Part shown: piece after piece, positions 53,089 through 60,685 of the stretch | Position numbering within the stretch: the first letter of the stretch is position 1 | Layout: the number at the start of each line of letters is the position of its first letter | From: a virus | IMG/VR virus record: IMGVR_UViG_3300045988_171839 | Coordinates: 1 to 64,000 of that record | DNA length: 64,000 nt | Reading direction: 5' to 3' (one strand) | The notes under the pieces: model-generated | What the model was told of the DNA's origin: nothing | Seen by the model: only the letters and a program-made list of their open reading frames with translations | Databases searched by the model: none | Program-made: the position numbers and the translations under genes

Positions 53089-53385
53089 ATGCTAAATCAA
53101 AACAATAACCCCGTGCTTATCAACGATACAATCGCTGATATTTTGTATCACAAAATCCAAACCCAATATAAAACGTTTGGAAAACCCGTGATTCATATCA
53201 CGGACTTCGAAGTGTTCCAAGCGGCATTAGAAAGCCGCAATCCAGCGAACATTTGGTTCTATAACTCTGAGTTAGTCGCGCAATCCCTCAATAAAATCAA
53301 AGGAGTAACTGCCAGTTACTTCTGCGAGGATGAAGACGAACATGACGGCGAAATCACCGTCGTCCTGACCGAATCTATCAATTAG
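53089..53385 (+). CDS. Hypothetical protein
   Basis: ORF directly after the conserved leader box. Confidence 0.55.
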   Translation: MLNQNNNPVLINDTIADILYHKIQTQYKTFGKPVIHITDFEVFQAALESRNPANIWFYNSELVAQSLNKIKGVTASYFCEDEDEHDGEITVVLTESIN

Positions 53386-53397
53386 GAGGGCAACCTA

Positions 53398-53562
53398 ATG
53401 AAAATTTATATTATTCAATATGTCGCTTACGGCGACAGGTCAAAGACCCTTCAGGTCTTTAATAATTTCTTTTGCACTAGAAAGAGTGCAGAAGAAACTG
53501 CAAAACAACTACGTGCTTGTGGGCACACAGCTGTTAAAATTATACCTTTGGTACAAGAATAA
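53398..53562 (+). CDS. Small hypothetical protein (54 aa)
   Basis: TAGGAGGG SD 7 nt before the ATG. It falls below the ORF-track cutoff and I translated it by hand (MKIYIIQYVAYGDRSKTLQVF...). Confidence 0.5.
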   Translation: MKIYIIQYVAYGDRSKTLQVFNNFFCTRKSAEETAKQLRACGHTAVKIIPLVQE

Positions 53563-53568
53563 CAGCTA

Positions 53569-53638
53569 CGCTACTGGCGGGACAAGCGCAAAAATGCCCT
53601 CCCCAACGTTTCCTCGCTCCCAGGGATAAGGGAAAAGG
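53569..53638 (+). promoter_or_regulatory. Conserved leader element: 33-nt box plus SD-proximal box (copy 2)
   Basis: The same 33-mer as copy 1, followed by CTCGCTCCCAGGGATAAGGGAAAAGG. Confidence 0.5.
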
Positions 53639-53646
53639 ATAAGTTT

Positions 53647-53907
53647 ATGAAAGACTTAGTTAAAATTTTGTACAGTAAACCCACATTGCTCTACGCCGCG
53701 GAAGCGGTGGTTGAGATCTACGGTTCGTCCTTAGTTGGGGGTATCCCCGCTAGGGACAATGGGTGGCATGTCCATCCGCGGCTTGCGCGGGACAGAAAAC
53801 CCTATTCCACTCATGCCATGTACGCCCCAAGCGTAGAGGCCCTGAAAAATAATATCGCTGCTCGATATAACGAGCAAGATTACATCATCGAATACATAGA
53901 GGTTTAA
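53647..53907 (+). CDS. Hypothetical protein
   Basis: ORF directly after the conserved leader box. Confidence 0.55.
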   Translation: MKDLVKILYSKPTLLYAAEAVVEIYGSSLVGGIPARDNGWHVHPRLARDRKPYSTHAMYAPSVEALKNNIAARYNEQDYIIEYIEV

Positions 53908-53931
53908 TCCTCTATGTATTCTCTTAAGCAA

Positions 53932-53986
53932 GATGGTCGTCACGGTAAGAGTCCGTGGCCTGATGAAGGCATGAGCCGAAACCATC
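53932..53986 (+). ncRNA. Hammerhead ribozyme, type III (copy 1)
   Basis: GAUGGUC^GUCACGG-UAAGAGU-CCGUGGC-CUGAUGA-A-GGC-AUGA-GCC-GAAA-CCAUC. Stem III is 6 bp, stem I is 7 bp and stem II is 3 bp. The core CUGAUGA...GAAA is intact and the GUC cleavage site lies after 53938. Confidence 0.85.
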
Positions 53987-54069
53987 AGCAATGGCAGCAA
54001 TGCCCGATGCCTATTCTTCGTGAGTGAATGGAAGCACCGCTAACGGAACAAAAAAGGAGGTCAACAAAT

Positions 54070-54471
54070 ATGTTTAATCTCAATAAAGAGATTGCCAGGC
54101 ACATTTGTCTGGCACAAACCGCGTCAGACGCAGGGAAAGGATTAAATATCCTTTCCCTTGAAGGCGATAAACGCGCAAAACTTTGGGGGTATTCCCTCAA
54201 AGATAAAGAAATAATTAAGGCCATAAGCCTTATTAATTCTTCAAAAATAACGGAATGCCAATTCCGTTATTATGTGGCAGAAATGCCTGATCAAAACGGG
54301 AACAAATCCCGCGTAGTGTATTTTTATAATACACAAGAAAAGATACAAATATCTTTTCACACTTTTTGTGGTGAAATAAAAAACCACAAAAATAAAGGTG
54401 TCCCAATGCAATGGGACAAACGCAATTCTCGCGAGAATTGCCAAAAACTTATAGAAATTTTTAATCTATAA
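54070..54471 (+). CDS. Hypothetical protein (133 aa) inside the hammerhead-bounded cassette
   Basis: Start moved to the ATG at 54070 after AAAAGGAGG. Confidence 0.6.
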   Translation: MFNLNKEIARHICLAQTASDAGKGLNILSLEGDKRAKLWGYSLKDKEIIKAISLINSSKITECQFRYYVAEMPDQNGNKSRVVYFYNTQEKIQISFHTFCGEIKNHKNKGVPMQWDKRNSRENCQKLIEIFNL

Positions 54472-54699
54472 GTTGTCGTGGGATATGGTCCCACAATTGC
54501 TCTCTTACCGCTTTAAGAGAGATAGGTTACCCCTCCGAAGGGGAAGAGGAACGTTTATTCAACTGCTCACAAGCGAGTGAGTGGGAACAATTCTCTTATT
54601 AAGGAGCCGTGAAATACAATACACCCAAGCGGGGGTGGGGAGGTTAAATATGTAAAAACAATACAATGTCCCGAGTAAGATTAACCCTTGCTCGGGATA

Positions 54700-54754
54700 G
54701 ATGGTCGTCACGGTAAGAGTCCGTGGCCTGATGAAGGCATGAGCCGAAACCATC
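54700..54754 (+). ncRNA. Hammerhead ribozyme, type III (copy 2)
   Basis: The 60 nt 54699-54758 are identical to 53931-53990. Predicted cleavage is after 54706. Confidence 0.85.
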
Positions 54755-54795
54755 AGCACAAACAAAAAAATCTATACAAAAAAGGAGGTGATAAA

Positions 54796-55314
54796 ATGTT
54801 TGCAGATGAACTCGCCATCATTAAGGACGACGAAATCCGTGCGACCACGGCTCGTCTACTTAATGGTGCACCCGAGTACTTCTGGCATGTCGCTGCCAGC
54901 AGCTCGGGGAAATATCATCCTGCTTACGCTCTTGGCGAAGGCGGTTTAGTCCGTCACGTCAAGGCGGCGGTGAAATTTGCGAATCACTTATTTGTGATTA
55001 ATAATTTCACCGATAAAGAGCAGGATTATATTATCTCCGCTCTGCTGCTTCACGACATCCTGAAGCACGGAAAAGACGGCGACGAAGGACACACGGTGTT
55101 TGAACACCCGATCCTGGCTGCCGACTATATCCGTGAAAACGCTACGGGTGAATACGCCGATGTGGTTGCGTCTCTTGTGTCTACACACATGGGACAATGG
55201 ACTACGTCGAAGTATTCCTCCGTAGTGCTTCAGGCGCCAGTAACGGAACTGCAGAAGTTCGTTCACGAATGCGATTATCTCGCGTCGCGAAAGGACATCG
55301 ATGTTCTGTTCTGA
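54796..55314 (+). CDS. HD-domain phosphohydrolase
   Basis: Start moved to the ATG at 54796 after AAAGGAGGTG. Contains ...SSGKYHP..., LLLHDILKHG (HD dyad) and later His/Asp residues. Confidence 0.75.
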   Translation: MFADELAIIKDDEIRATTARLLNGAPEYFWHVAASSSGKYHPAYALGEGGLVRHVKAAVKFANHLFVINNFTDKEQDYIISALLLHDILKHGKDGDEGHTVFEHPILAADYIRENATGEYADVVASLVSTHMGQWTTSKYSSVVLQAPVTELQKFVHECDYLASRKDIDVLF

Positions 55315-55670
55315 CGGTCAGAAGTCGCCGGTGCAATCTGACTAAGACTCGGAGCATACACTGCTTGGCAACAGAAACGTGTCGACCTGTTTATCAAGGT
55401 GATACTTGGTGAAACAGAATGTAACTTTATTGGCGTCCAGAGCAAGACGTTAAATTGCTCTGCGTAAAACCACCACCGAAAGGTGTCCGTAGGTCAAGTC
55501 GGGATAAAGGTTGAGACCGCATAATCACAAAAGCCTCCCAAACTGGGGGGTGAGGTCAGCAAGCGACCGAGCAGCTAGTAAAGCTTGCCTGCAACTCGTT
55601 GAGGATACAACGAGCTCACAAGGGGTTTTCATAGGCCCAAAACGCCTAGGCACAGAAGTGCGGGCGTACC
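55315..55670 (+). ncRNA. Long structured leader or ncRNA candidate (~360 nt)
   Basis: ORF-free and GC-enriched. Hairpins include GTCAGA...TCTGAC, CACC-GAAA-GGTG (55474-85) and CAACTCGTTG-aggataca-ACGAGCT. It shares a GUCCG..GUA(A)GGUCAAG string with 56078-56095. Confidence 0.35.
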
Positions 55671-55685
55671 GAAGGAGGTAATATT

Positions 55686-56054
55686 ATGACACAAGAACAA
55701 TTCGAAGACCAACTCACCTTCGCAAAGTTGAGAGGGGAAGAAGAGGGAAGACGCGACGAACAATTACATATGCTATGTAAAATTGCCGACGCCCTCTCGA
55801 ACGAACAGTTTAACTTCCCTGGATTTACAGGAGAGAACCTTGAATGGGTTTTCCACGAACTCGGATTACAAATTAATAACAAACAAAAAGGCCAAAGATT
55901 TATTGTTACCGAAGAAGATTCGGGAAAATACCGTTTTAACCAATACGATCGTCCAGTAGTTGGCGACACAGTCGAAATTATTTGCCCTTCTATTCGAGCA
56001 ATACTAGACGGGAAACCAGTAACAATAGTTAAACCTTATATCAAAAAGGTTTAA
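55686..56054 (+). CDS. Hypothetical protein (tandem paralogue 1)
   Basis: GAAGGAGG SD. Shares ...FPGFTGENLE...GKYRFNQYDRP.VGD.VEI....KPYIKK with the next gene. Confidence 0.6.
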   Translation: MTQEQFEDQLTFAKLRGEEEGRRDEQLHMLCKIADALSNEQFNFPGFTGENLEWVFHELGLQINNKQKGQRFIVTEEDSGKYRFNQYDRPVVGDTVEIICPSIRAILDGKPVTIVKPYIKKV

Positions 56055-56105
56055 TCACCAAAGGACTGGTAGACACAGTCCGCCGTAAGGTCAAGAGCCA
56101 TTCTT

Positions 56106-56180
56106 CCCCACAGGTTCCCGCCAGACGGTTCTGGCGCTGTGGGGGTTATGGGCTCAAGAGGTTCGACTCCTTAAGAGCCC
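56106..56180 (+). ncRNA. tRNA-like module: long hairpin plus T-loop minihelix (copy 1)
   Basis: CCCCACAG[GTTCC CGCCAGA-CGGT-TCTGGCG]CTGTGGGG, then GGGCTCAAGAGG-TTCGACT-CCTTAAGAGCCC. The second part is a 12-position helix capped by a TTCGA T-loop. Confidence 0.5.
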
Positions 56181-56205
56181 AAAATAAAAAAAAGGAGAAA
56201 TTCCA

Positions 56206-56571
56206 ATGATTAATTCAGAAATTGAAGATCAAACATTGATACAAGAAGAAGCAATAAAAAGCGAAGCCCGAGCCGAAGGGCAAATTGACATGCTTTTAAA
56301 AATTGCAGAAATTATGTCCGATGAAAAAATCGGATTTCCTGGATTTACAGGAAACAATCTCGAGCTCGCCTTAAATGAGCTTGGTTTAAGATTCGGACGA
56401 ATTCGTTGCAAACAATTTGTTCTTACCAACGAGGACGATGGCAAATATCGCTTTAATCAATATGACCGTCCCAAAGTTGGCGACAAAGTTGAAATTGTTT
56501 ATCCCGCAATTCAAACCATAATTAGCGGGAAAATAATAACAATAATTAAACCTTATATAAAAAAGATTTAA
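56206..56571 (+). CDS. Hypothetical protein (tandem paralogue 2)
   Basis: AAAGGAG SD. Paralogous to the 55686-56054 product. Confidence 0.6.
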   Translation: MINSEIEDQTLIQEEAIKSEARAEGQIDMLLKIAEIMSDEKIGFPGFTGNNLELALNELGLRFGRIRCKQFVLTNEDDGKYRFNQYDRPKVGDKVEIVYPAIQTIISGKIITIIKPYIKKI

Positions 56572-56590
56572 TCAGGAAAGGAGAAAGACT

Positions 56591-56956
56591 ATGAACTTTG
56601 AACAACTTGTTGAAAAAGTGAAGTTTTACGAGGCAGTAAAACTGAGAGCCGCCACGGCAGAAACGGAGATCGATGCAGCAAACGCAAAGATCGATGCGGC
56701 AAAGCTGGAGCTTGGCGCGGTAATAACGGAACTTGACGCGGCAAGAGAGGTATACCGCTGCGCAAGAGACGCAGAAAGCTTCATTCCTGCAAAATCGAGA
56801 CTCATCGCAGCACAAGCTAAGGTTCGCGCAGCAGACTCAAAAGTCTATGCGGCGAGAGTAGAACTTCTCAAGGCTATGGACAAAGCTATTAATTCAAGAA
56901 GGAGAGCCGATAGAGCAAAAAGGGAAATCGAGTCCGCCCTTGGAATAATTGATTAA
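56591..56956 (+). CDS. Hypothetical coiled-coil protein
   Basis: AAAGGAG SD. Ala/Glu/Lys-rich heptad-like sequence. Confidence 0.55.
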   Translation: MNFEQLVEKVKFYEAVKLRAATAETEIDAANAKIDAAKLELGAVITELDAAREVYRCARDAESFIPAKSRLIAAQAKVRAADSKVYAARVELLKAMDKAINSRRRADRAKREIESALGIID

Positions 56957-56962
56957 CACATC

Positions 56963-57037
56963 CCCCACAGGTTCCTGTCAGACGGTTCTGGCACTGTGGG
57001 GATTATGGGCTTAAGAGGTTCAACTCCTCGAGGGCTC
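56963..57037 (+). ncRNA. tRNA-like module: long hairpin plus T-loop minihelix (copy 2)
   Basis: Same architecture as copy 1. The inner stem TGTCAGA/TCTGGCA versus CGCCAGA/TCTGGCG shows a compensatory C-G to U-A change. The T-loop is TTCAACT. Confidence 0.5.
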
Positions 57038-57124
57038 AACAGCCGCTTCATAGTGCGGCAACCCGTAAAAACAAATTTTCTTAATGGCGAATCGGGTTCC
57101 ACAGTCAGGAAAAGGAGAAATACT

Positions 57125-57547
57125 ATGAAAAAACAATTTATAATTAAAACCACCATCGGCGACATCGTCGTCAGCGCCACTCGCGGAAATGTCCGCAAAG
57201 TAGCGGAAGCCATGTTAAAAGAATGGACGTCACGTCCAGTTGCTTACAAAATATTCCCTCTAGGGAATAAAATTAACAAACTCAAAAAGGAGAATGCCAA
57301 AACTTTGGCGTCGCTCCGACAAGGAGACCAAATTGGTCTCTTCCCCCAATACTATATTGGATCCCCACAGGGGAATACAATTGATAAACTAATTGTGTGG
57401 TGGCATGATGCCCCAATGGAGGAAGATGGCGAAGGCAATCTCATTTATACAGGTCACGATGACCTTTTTTACTATACTGGTAAAAATTACGGTCGCAGAC
57501 GTTGTGATGCCCATGTTAATCAATTAAAAGTTTGGGGAAACATTTAA
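57125..57547 (+). CDS. Hypothetical protein
   Basis: Start moved to the ATG at 57125 after AAAAGGAG. Confidence 0.55.
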   Translation: MKKQFIIKTTIGDIVVSATRGNVRKVAEAMLKEWTSRPVAYKIFPLGNKINKLKKENAKTLASLRQGDQIGLFPQYYIGSPQGNTIDKLIVWWHDAPMEEDGEGNLIYTGHDDLFYYTGKNYGRRRCDAHVNQLKVWGNI

Positions 57548-57567
57548 CCCAAACAAAGGAGGCCAGT

Positions 57568-57810
57568 ATGAAAAATTATACACCAGAGCAAATAGCCGCA
57601 ATTGTCAGCTTTGTTAATGATTTTGTCACCTGGGTAAACACCCAACTCGATAAAGAAATGTCAAATATAACCGAAATTTCCTTCGCGGTTAAGCCCGAAT
57701 ACAGGGCAAAAGTCGAAGGTAAAACGGCGGCCTATAGCCAATGTGTTAACCACTTGGCGGGCGTAGCAAAGCAAATAGTCGCTGAAGGGTTCAGTGAAAT
57801 ACTAAAATAA
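57568..57810 (+). CDS. Hypothetical protein
   Basis: Start moved to the ATG at 57568 after AAAGGAGG. Confidence 0.55.
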   Translation: MKNYTPEQIAAIVSFVNDFVTWVNTQLDKEMSNITEISFAVKPEYRAKVEGKTAAYSQCVNHLAGVAKQIVAEGFSEILK

Positions 57811-57883
57811 CACCGCAAGGCCCATCCCATCCAGGGATGATCGGTGCAAGTCCGATGCGTAGAAATACGCGGCGCTCATGGTG
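57811..57883 (+). promoter_or_regulatory. Four-way-junction leader RNA with T-loop-like hairpin (copy 1)
   Basis: CACCGCAAGGCC, three hairpins, then GGCGCTCATGGTG. The hairpins are CATCCC/GGGATG, ATCGG-TGCAAGT-CCGAT and GCGTA-GAAA-TACGC. A further hairpin and the SD follow up to 57955. Confidence 0.45.
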
Positions 57884-57955
57884 GGCATAACGACATCATC
57901 CCCGAAAACCATTAATATTGCTAGGGGTCCCATGGCAGGGAAAGGAGAAACCGTT

Positions 57956-58366
57956 ATGACAAATGTAGCAAAAAACACTATCAACGAACTGGCCAAAGAG
58001 GCTCGCACCCTCGACCTTAATTACAATGACCAAATGGTCGTTGTTAAAGTAGTCAAAGCAATCTACGCGGGCGACAATGCTCTCGCGTTTGCGTTACTGA
58101 TAACAAACGAAAAACTTCTCCCATTACTTGGGATTTGGAGTCAGGCTACGGCCGAAGATAAACCACGTAAACTAAAATTAACGCGTGAACAATTTATGGC
58201 TCGTATTGCTAAAGCAACTCGTCAATTACATCTCAATCGCGACGAGCGAATAATTGCCGCAAATGCGCTTAACGCGGTCTGCGCAGGGGACACATTATCT
58301 GCTCTACACCTATTGAACACCAATGACACACTACGTTCACTGGTGTGGGATTGGCACATCATGTAA
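57956..58366 (+). CDS. Hypothetical protein with an internal duplication
   Basis: Start moved to the ATG at 57956 after GAAAGGAG. The two halves share A..AGD..A...LL.TN..L..L..W. Confidence 0.55.
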   Translation: MTNVAKNTINELAKEARTLDLNYNDQMVVVKVVKAIYAGDNALAFALLITNEKLLPLLGIWSQATAEDKPRKLKLTREQFMARIAKATRQLHLNRDERIIAANALNAVCAGDTLSALHLLNTNDTLRSLVWDWHIM

Positions 58367-58381
58367 TACGGAGGTGATAAT

Positions 58382-58648
58382 ATGAAGAATATTATCATTA
58401 TAGACCAAGAATACCGCGCAGCGCGCGCAGAGTATCTCAACCATATTTCAGCGGGGGTGGGTTCCATCCCCGTCGAAATATATGACAAGACAAGAGTCGT
58501 CTTACACAATAAGGCATTTAATTTGCTACGCGAGTTAAATACCGCTTATACGATCAAATACGGCAAAACACTCCTCTCTAAAGATGAGTTGCAAAAGCAA
58601 AATAAAGAACTAGTACTCTGGTTCAAAGGCGCACCAAGAAGAAAATAA
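58382..58648 (+). CDS. Hypothetical protein
   Basis: GGAGGTG SD. Confidence 0.5.
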   Translation: MKNIIIIDQEYRAARAEYLNHISAGVGSIPVEIYDKTRVVLHNKAFNLLRELNTAYTIKYGKTLLSKDELQKQNKELVLWFKGAPRRK

Positions 58649-58667
58649 AACATGGAGGACTAATCAA

Positions 58668-59111
58668 ATGAAAACAATTTATATTGCAAAAATTGATTAC
58701 TACACAGACGACGATAAAAGTTGGAATCTGACTTATTGCATATTCGACGACAAAGACCAAGCGGTTGAGTGGATTAAATACCACCGCAATCTTCTTGAAG
58801 AAGATTTATATCTTTGCGAGGAAATGCACCATATCTTATGGTCAACTGCCTCCGCAAGAGAAAGGAACAAAGGCTACATAAGTCACAAAAATGTGACTGA
58901 TTACGTAAAATCATATGAAAAATATCGACTGTCGCCATTTGGCCGTATTGATGTCCGTGGATACGATTATTGGATCCTTGCATATGAAATCGGCAAAGCA
59001 AAGGGAACTGCTGGTTCCTATCGTGAGTTTGGCGAGCCCGTTATCGATATCGATCGGGTGGAACAAAAATTAAACGAATATAAACAACACAGAGAGGAGA
59101 TAAGAAAATGA
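58668..59111 (+). CDS. Hypothetical protein
   Basis: TGGAGG SD. Confidence 0.5.
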   Translation: MKTIYIAKIDYYTDDDKSWNLTYCIFDDKDQAVEWIKYHRNLLEEDLYLCEEMHHILWSTASARERNKGYISHKNVTDYVKSYEKYRLSPFGRIDVRGYDYWILAYEIGKAKGTAGSYREFGEPVIDIDRVEQKLNEYKQHREEIRK

Positions 59112-59662
59112 AGATAACTTACAAAGAATACATCAAATATGCCGAACCAAACATATTTGATGAAGTGTTTGAAGATAAAAGCTTCAAACAAGCGGCCAAA
59201 GCTGCTCAAAAAGCGAAAGAACTCAATGAAAAACGTGCTTTGAAAAAAGCGCGTAAAATTGTTGAGACCCTGCATAATCAATATTGTTATGCAGGAAGCT
59301 CTTACGCAACCGATGATAGTATCGATTACTATCCCGTGTGTGACGCAAACACTGGTGAAATCGCCCTCGAGGTCGAAAATCTCGAGCCAGATATCAAACA
59401 AAAAGTTATTAATCTTTTAATAACTAATAAACAATTTGATACAGACAACGGGTGGTTCATCCGTGACGACAACGGCACACTCACGTGCGTTATCGAAAAC
59501 ACAAACAGAGAAGTTTGTATTGCAACCATTGATTTAAATGAGTATAAATTTCATAAGAAATTATCACTCAATGATGAAAAACGCTGGAAAGAGTTATGTG
59601 AACTCTATCCAACCGCACCAACGTTTATTAAAACAAGGAGGAATCAAAATGAAACATTATAG
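59108..59662 (+). CDS. Hypothetical protein
   Basis: GAGGAG SD. ATGA overlap with the upstream gene. Confidence 0.5.
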   Translation: MKITYKEYIKYAEPNIFDEVFEDKSFKQAAKAAQKAKELNEKRALKKARKIVETLHNQYCYAGSSYATDDSIDYYPVCDANTGEIALEVENLEPDIKQKVINLLITNKQFDTDNGWFIRDDNGTLTCVIENTNREVCIATIDLNEYKFHKKLSLNDEKRWKELCELYPTAPTFIKTRRNQNETL

Positions 59663-59825
59663 TTTTGTTTTCAGCAACAACAACGGCGTCACCGTCGCAA
59701 CGATGACGCTGGCAACGCCCGTCAAACTTGACGTCTTCGAACTTGGAGATGATCTTTCGATGGCGCTCATTCATCAATTGGGTATAAATATTAACACAAA
59801 AGTCACAGTCGACACGATCGATTAA
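59649..59825 (+). CDS. Small hypothetical protein
   Basis: Start moved to the ATG at 59649 after AAGGAGG. Confidence 0.45.
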   Translation: MKHYSFVFSNNNGVTVATMTLATPVKLDVFELGDDLSMALIHQLGININTKVTVDTID

Positions 59826-59839
59826 CAAGGAGGTATAAT

Positions 59840-60181
59840 ATGGAAAAATATCAAAATTTCATCAATCAGATCAAACAACTGCAGGAAACCTGTCAACACA
59901 AGGACAACTGGAACAACTATGAAGCTTTGCGCATTAATTGGATCATTGATGCCCTCAAAGACGATAATTTGGCATATGCCAGATATCTTGCTGCACGCTC
60001 TAATTATCACGAAGAATATCTTAAAATTCTTGGCGTCAGTCGCCAATTTACAAACGAACAAAAACAAGCAATTGCTTTATTTGTGAAAGATTTGTGGAGT
60101 CTATTTGACAATAAACAAGTTAACGATTATCATGTGACACCATTCCTTAAAACCTATGGCATAAAGGAGATTAAAGTATGA
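59840..60181 (+). CDS. Hypothetical protein
   Basis: AAGGAGG SD. Confidence 0.5.
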   Translation: MEKYQNFINQIKQLQETCQHKDNWNNYEALRINWIIDALKDDNLAYARYLAARSNYHEEYLKILGVSRQFTNEQKQAIALFVKDLWSLFDNKQVNDYHVTPFLKTYGIKEIKV

Positions 60182-60342
60182 TAATTTATACTCTTTTTAT
60201 CAATAATAAGCCGAAAAACTACAAAAGCCGCCGCCGCGCCTATGCGGTGGCGAAACTATTCCATGCGGTGGTTTTTACCCATGAACGATATATCTACACC
60301 TTGGAGGAGGTGTTAAATATAAAAAACAAAATTTTATCATAG
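60178..60342 (+). CDS. Small hypothetical protein (54 aa)
   Basis: ATGA overlap with the upstream stop, with AAGGAG 11 nt upstream. It falls below the ORF-track cutoff and I translated it by hand. Confidence 0.35.
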   Translation: MIIYTLFINNKPKNYKSRRRAYAVAKLFHAVVFTHERYIYTLEEVLNIKNKILS

Positions 60343-60354
60343 GAGGTCATGATT

Positions 60355-60681
60355 ATGACAAAAACCGAATTTTTAACCAACATCAACAAACTTTTGCCTA
60401 ATGGCGCTGAAATTCTCACGCGAGACGAGATTGAACAACAGCGCCAAGAGGTTGCCGATCTGAAGGAGCACATCAAAGCACTCGACGAACAATTGAGCGA
60501 TTTATACCACATAGGGTATGAGTCGTGGGATAGCGGCGCTGAGTGGGCACTGCAAATTATCAAATGTTTATTGTTACAAGAACATTGCAACAACAACACT
60601 ATCACATTAACCCGCGATGAGTTAATGCGTGATGTTGTTGGGTATGTTAAAAACATACTCAATAATCGTTATAGGGGGTGA
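60355..60681 (+). CDS. Hypothetical protein
   Basis: The second ATG (60355) has better spacing from TAGGAGG than the first (60349). Confidence 0.5.
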   Translation: MTKTEFLTNINKLLPNGAEILTRDEIEQQRQEVADLKEHIKALDEQLSDLYHIGYESWDSGAEWALQIIKCLLLQEHCNNNTITLTRDELMRDVVGYVKNILNNRYRG

Positions 60682-60685
60682 ACTA

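Noticed and set aside
53731-54765. Two minus-strand ORFs sharing the peptide MVSAHAFIRPRTLTVTT (53731-54000 and 54559-54765)
   Set aside because: The shared peptide is simply the reverse-complement translation of the duplicated hammerhead sequence. These are not paralogous genes.
56150-57037. Canonical tRNA genes at the GGTTCGACTCC and GGTTCAACTCC sites
   Set aside because: Only an acceptor/T-arm-like minihelix is present. There is no D arm, no anticodon arm and no 7-bp acceptor formed with a distant 5' strand.
57811-57955. Cobalamin riboswitch call for the two CACCGCAAGG...GGUGCAAG(U/C)CCG leaders (also 61749-61894)
   Set aside because: The AGGGA..GGUGCAAGUCC..GC hairpin resembles the cobalamin T-loop region. 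However, the CCCGC..ACUGU core and the B12 box are missing, and the elements are shorter than the consensus. Similarity is limited to a generic T-loop hairpin.
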